This document shows positions 63,160 to 64,000 of a stretch of 64,000 nucleotides of DNA, piece by piece; the stretch's first letter is position 1, and every line of letters begins with the position of its first letter. The stretch is from assembly GCA_950097015.1 (NCBI GenBank), contig CATNEN010000038.1:16120001-16184000 (forward strand), in the 5' to 3' direction. Under the pieces are notes generated by a model. The model saw only the letters and a program-made list of their open reading frames with translations, was not told the DNA's origin and searched no databases. Source of the DNA: Macrostomum hystrix. Its lineage: Eukaryota; Animalia; Platyhelminthes. A program made the position numbers and the translations under genes.

Positions 63160-64000
63160 ATGGCGTCGCGGCTTGGCGACCTTTTTCTCGGCGATGCCGA
63201 CCGTGCACTGATGTGGCTCAAGGCCTTCAATGCTCTGGCCCGCGCCAAGAAGTGGACCGACTCGACCGAATCCCGACAAGTCGCAGACAATTTTTTGGCA
63301 TCCTGCGGACTGCCTGCTTTGGAGAAGCTGACTCATCTCGTCGCTCCGAAGGAGATCGACAAGCTGACCTTCCAAGAGATCGAGACAGCCCTGGTGTCCT
63401 ACTTACAACCTCAGAAGCGCCTCATTGTCGCCGAAAGAACCGACTTTTTCTCAATTCGTCAGAAAGCTGCTGAGCCGATAGCAGACTATTTAGCTCGCAT
63501 GAGGAAAGCAGCAACGCACTGCGCCTTTGACTCTCTGAAGGACTGCGCCAGTCCCGCAGAGGAGCTGGTGCGGCTTACTCTCATTTCTGGACTGTACAAC
63601 CCTGAGCATCAACGGCGCATTCTCGGTGCAATGCAAACCAAGGATCAGACAATCTCGGAGATTGTTGACCTCATTCGAAGTTGTGAACAGATCAACACGT
63701 TTGTTCAAACCTGTAACTCGGTGCCCCCGGTAGGCCCGGCTGGCCCATTGTCGCCGCCAGCCCAACATAATGCGGCCACTGACGAATCGGTGCACTACTC
63801 CAAAGGTGGACGGCCAACTTCCAATGGTCAGCGCATCGAGGGCTGCAAGTACTGTGGCGGATCCCATCACGCAGGCAAGTGCCCGGCATATGGCAAGACC
63901 TGTTCCAAGTGCTCCAAGCGCAACCACTTTGCTGCCGTATGCCGCTCTGCTCTGACTAGCAAATCCGTACATCACGCGGATGTTCCATCCGATGCATCGA
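63160..64000 (+). CDS. Gag (start of gag-pol) of a Mag-like Ty3/gypsy element; open to the window edge, so missing from the ORF track
   Basis: My translation: MASRLGDLFLGDADRALMWLKAF..LIVAERTDFFSIRQKAAEPIADYLARMRKAATHCAF..CKYCGGSHHAGKCPAYGKTCSKCSKRNHFAAVC (twin zinc knuckles); no stop in 280 codons. Confidence 0.93.
   Translation, partial: MASRLGDLFLGDADRALMWLKAFNALARAKKWTDSTESRQVADNFLASCGLPALEKLTHLVAPKEIDKLTFQEIETALVSYLQPQKRLIVAERTDFFSIRQKAAEPIADYLARMRKAATHCAFDSLKDCASPAEELVRLTLISGLYNPEHQRRILGAMQTKDQTISEIVDLIRSCEQINTFVQTCNSVPPVGPAGPLSPPAQHNAATDESVHYSKGGRPTSNGQRIEGCKYCGGSHHAGKCPAYGKTCSKCSKRNHFAAVCRSALTSKSVHHADVPSDAS
63161..63172 (+). promoter_or_regulatory. Primer-binding site TGGCGTCGCGG (primer has a G discriminator, probably tRNA-Ser)
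   Basis: TGG is the complement of CCA, one nt after the LTR end; TGGCG-starting PBSs are typical of Ser-primed Mag-like gypsy elements. Confidence 0.7.

Overview
Eukaryotic (animal) genomic DNA: GT-AG introns, compact housekeeping genes, and a different minisatellite in almost every long intron or spacer. This style fits a free-living flatworm such as Macrostomum, but that is an inference I cannot prove here. Genes, in order: first LIM exon of an Lhx2/9-like gene (-); ODAD1/CCDC114-CCDC63 family (+); a tight plus-strand run CUSTOS-like, PIBF1, BORCS7, AK6, VPS72; a convergent minus-strand run RPL38, UTP11, TMEM192; an unannotated receptor-like gene (lectin-like domain, four 234-nt Ig exons, FN3, TM, tyrosine-motif tail; two apparent lesions); RPIA (+); a plant-type beta-1,2-xylosyltransferase (GT61) (-); and the 5' LTR, PBS and gag of a Ty3/gypsy element running off the right edge. 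Also present are two tRNA-derived SINE families, several MITEs (two with clean 8-bp TSDs), a probable solo LTR and a DIRS/Ngaro RNase H relic. The most striking signals: (1) both gene runs look like SL trans-spliced operons, and TMEM192 has no genomic start codon, its frame opening exactly at a 3' splice acceptor as expected if a spliced-leader terminal AUG supplies Met1; (2) the receptor gene has recently duplicated, mosaic Ig exons and an ITSM-like tail; (3) the gag start codon is built from the primer-binding site.
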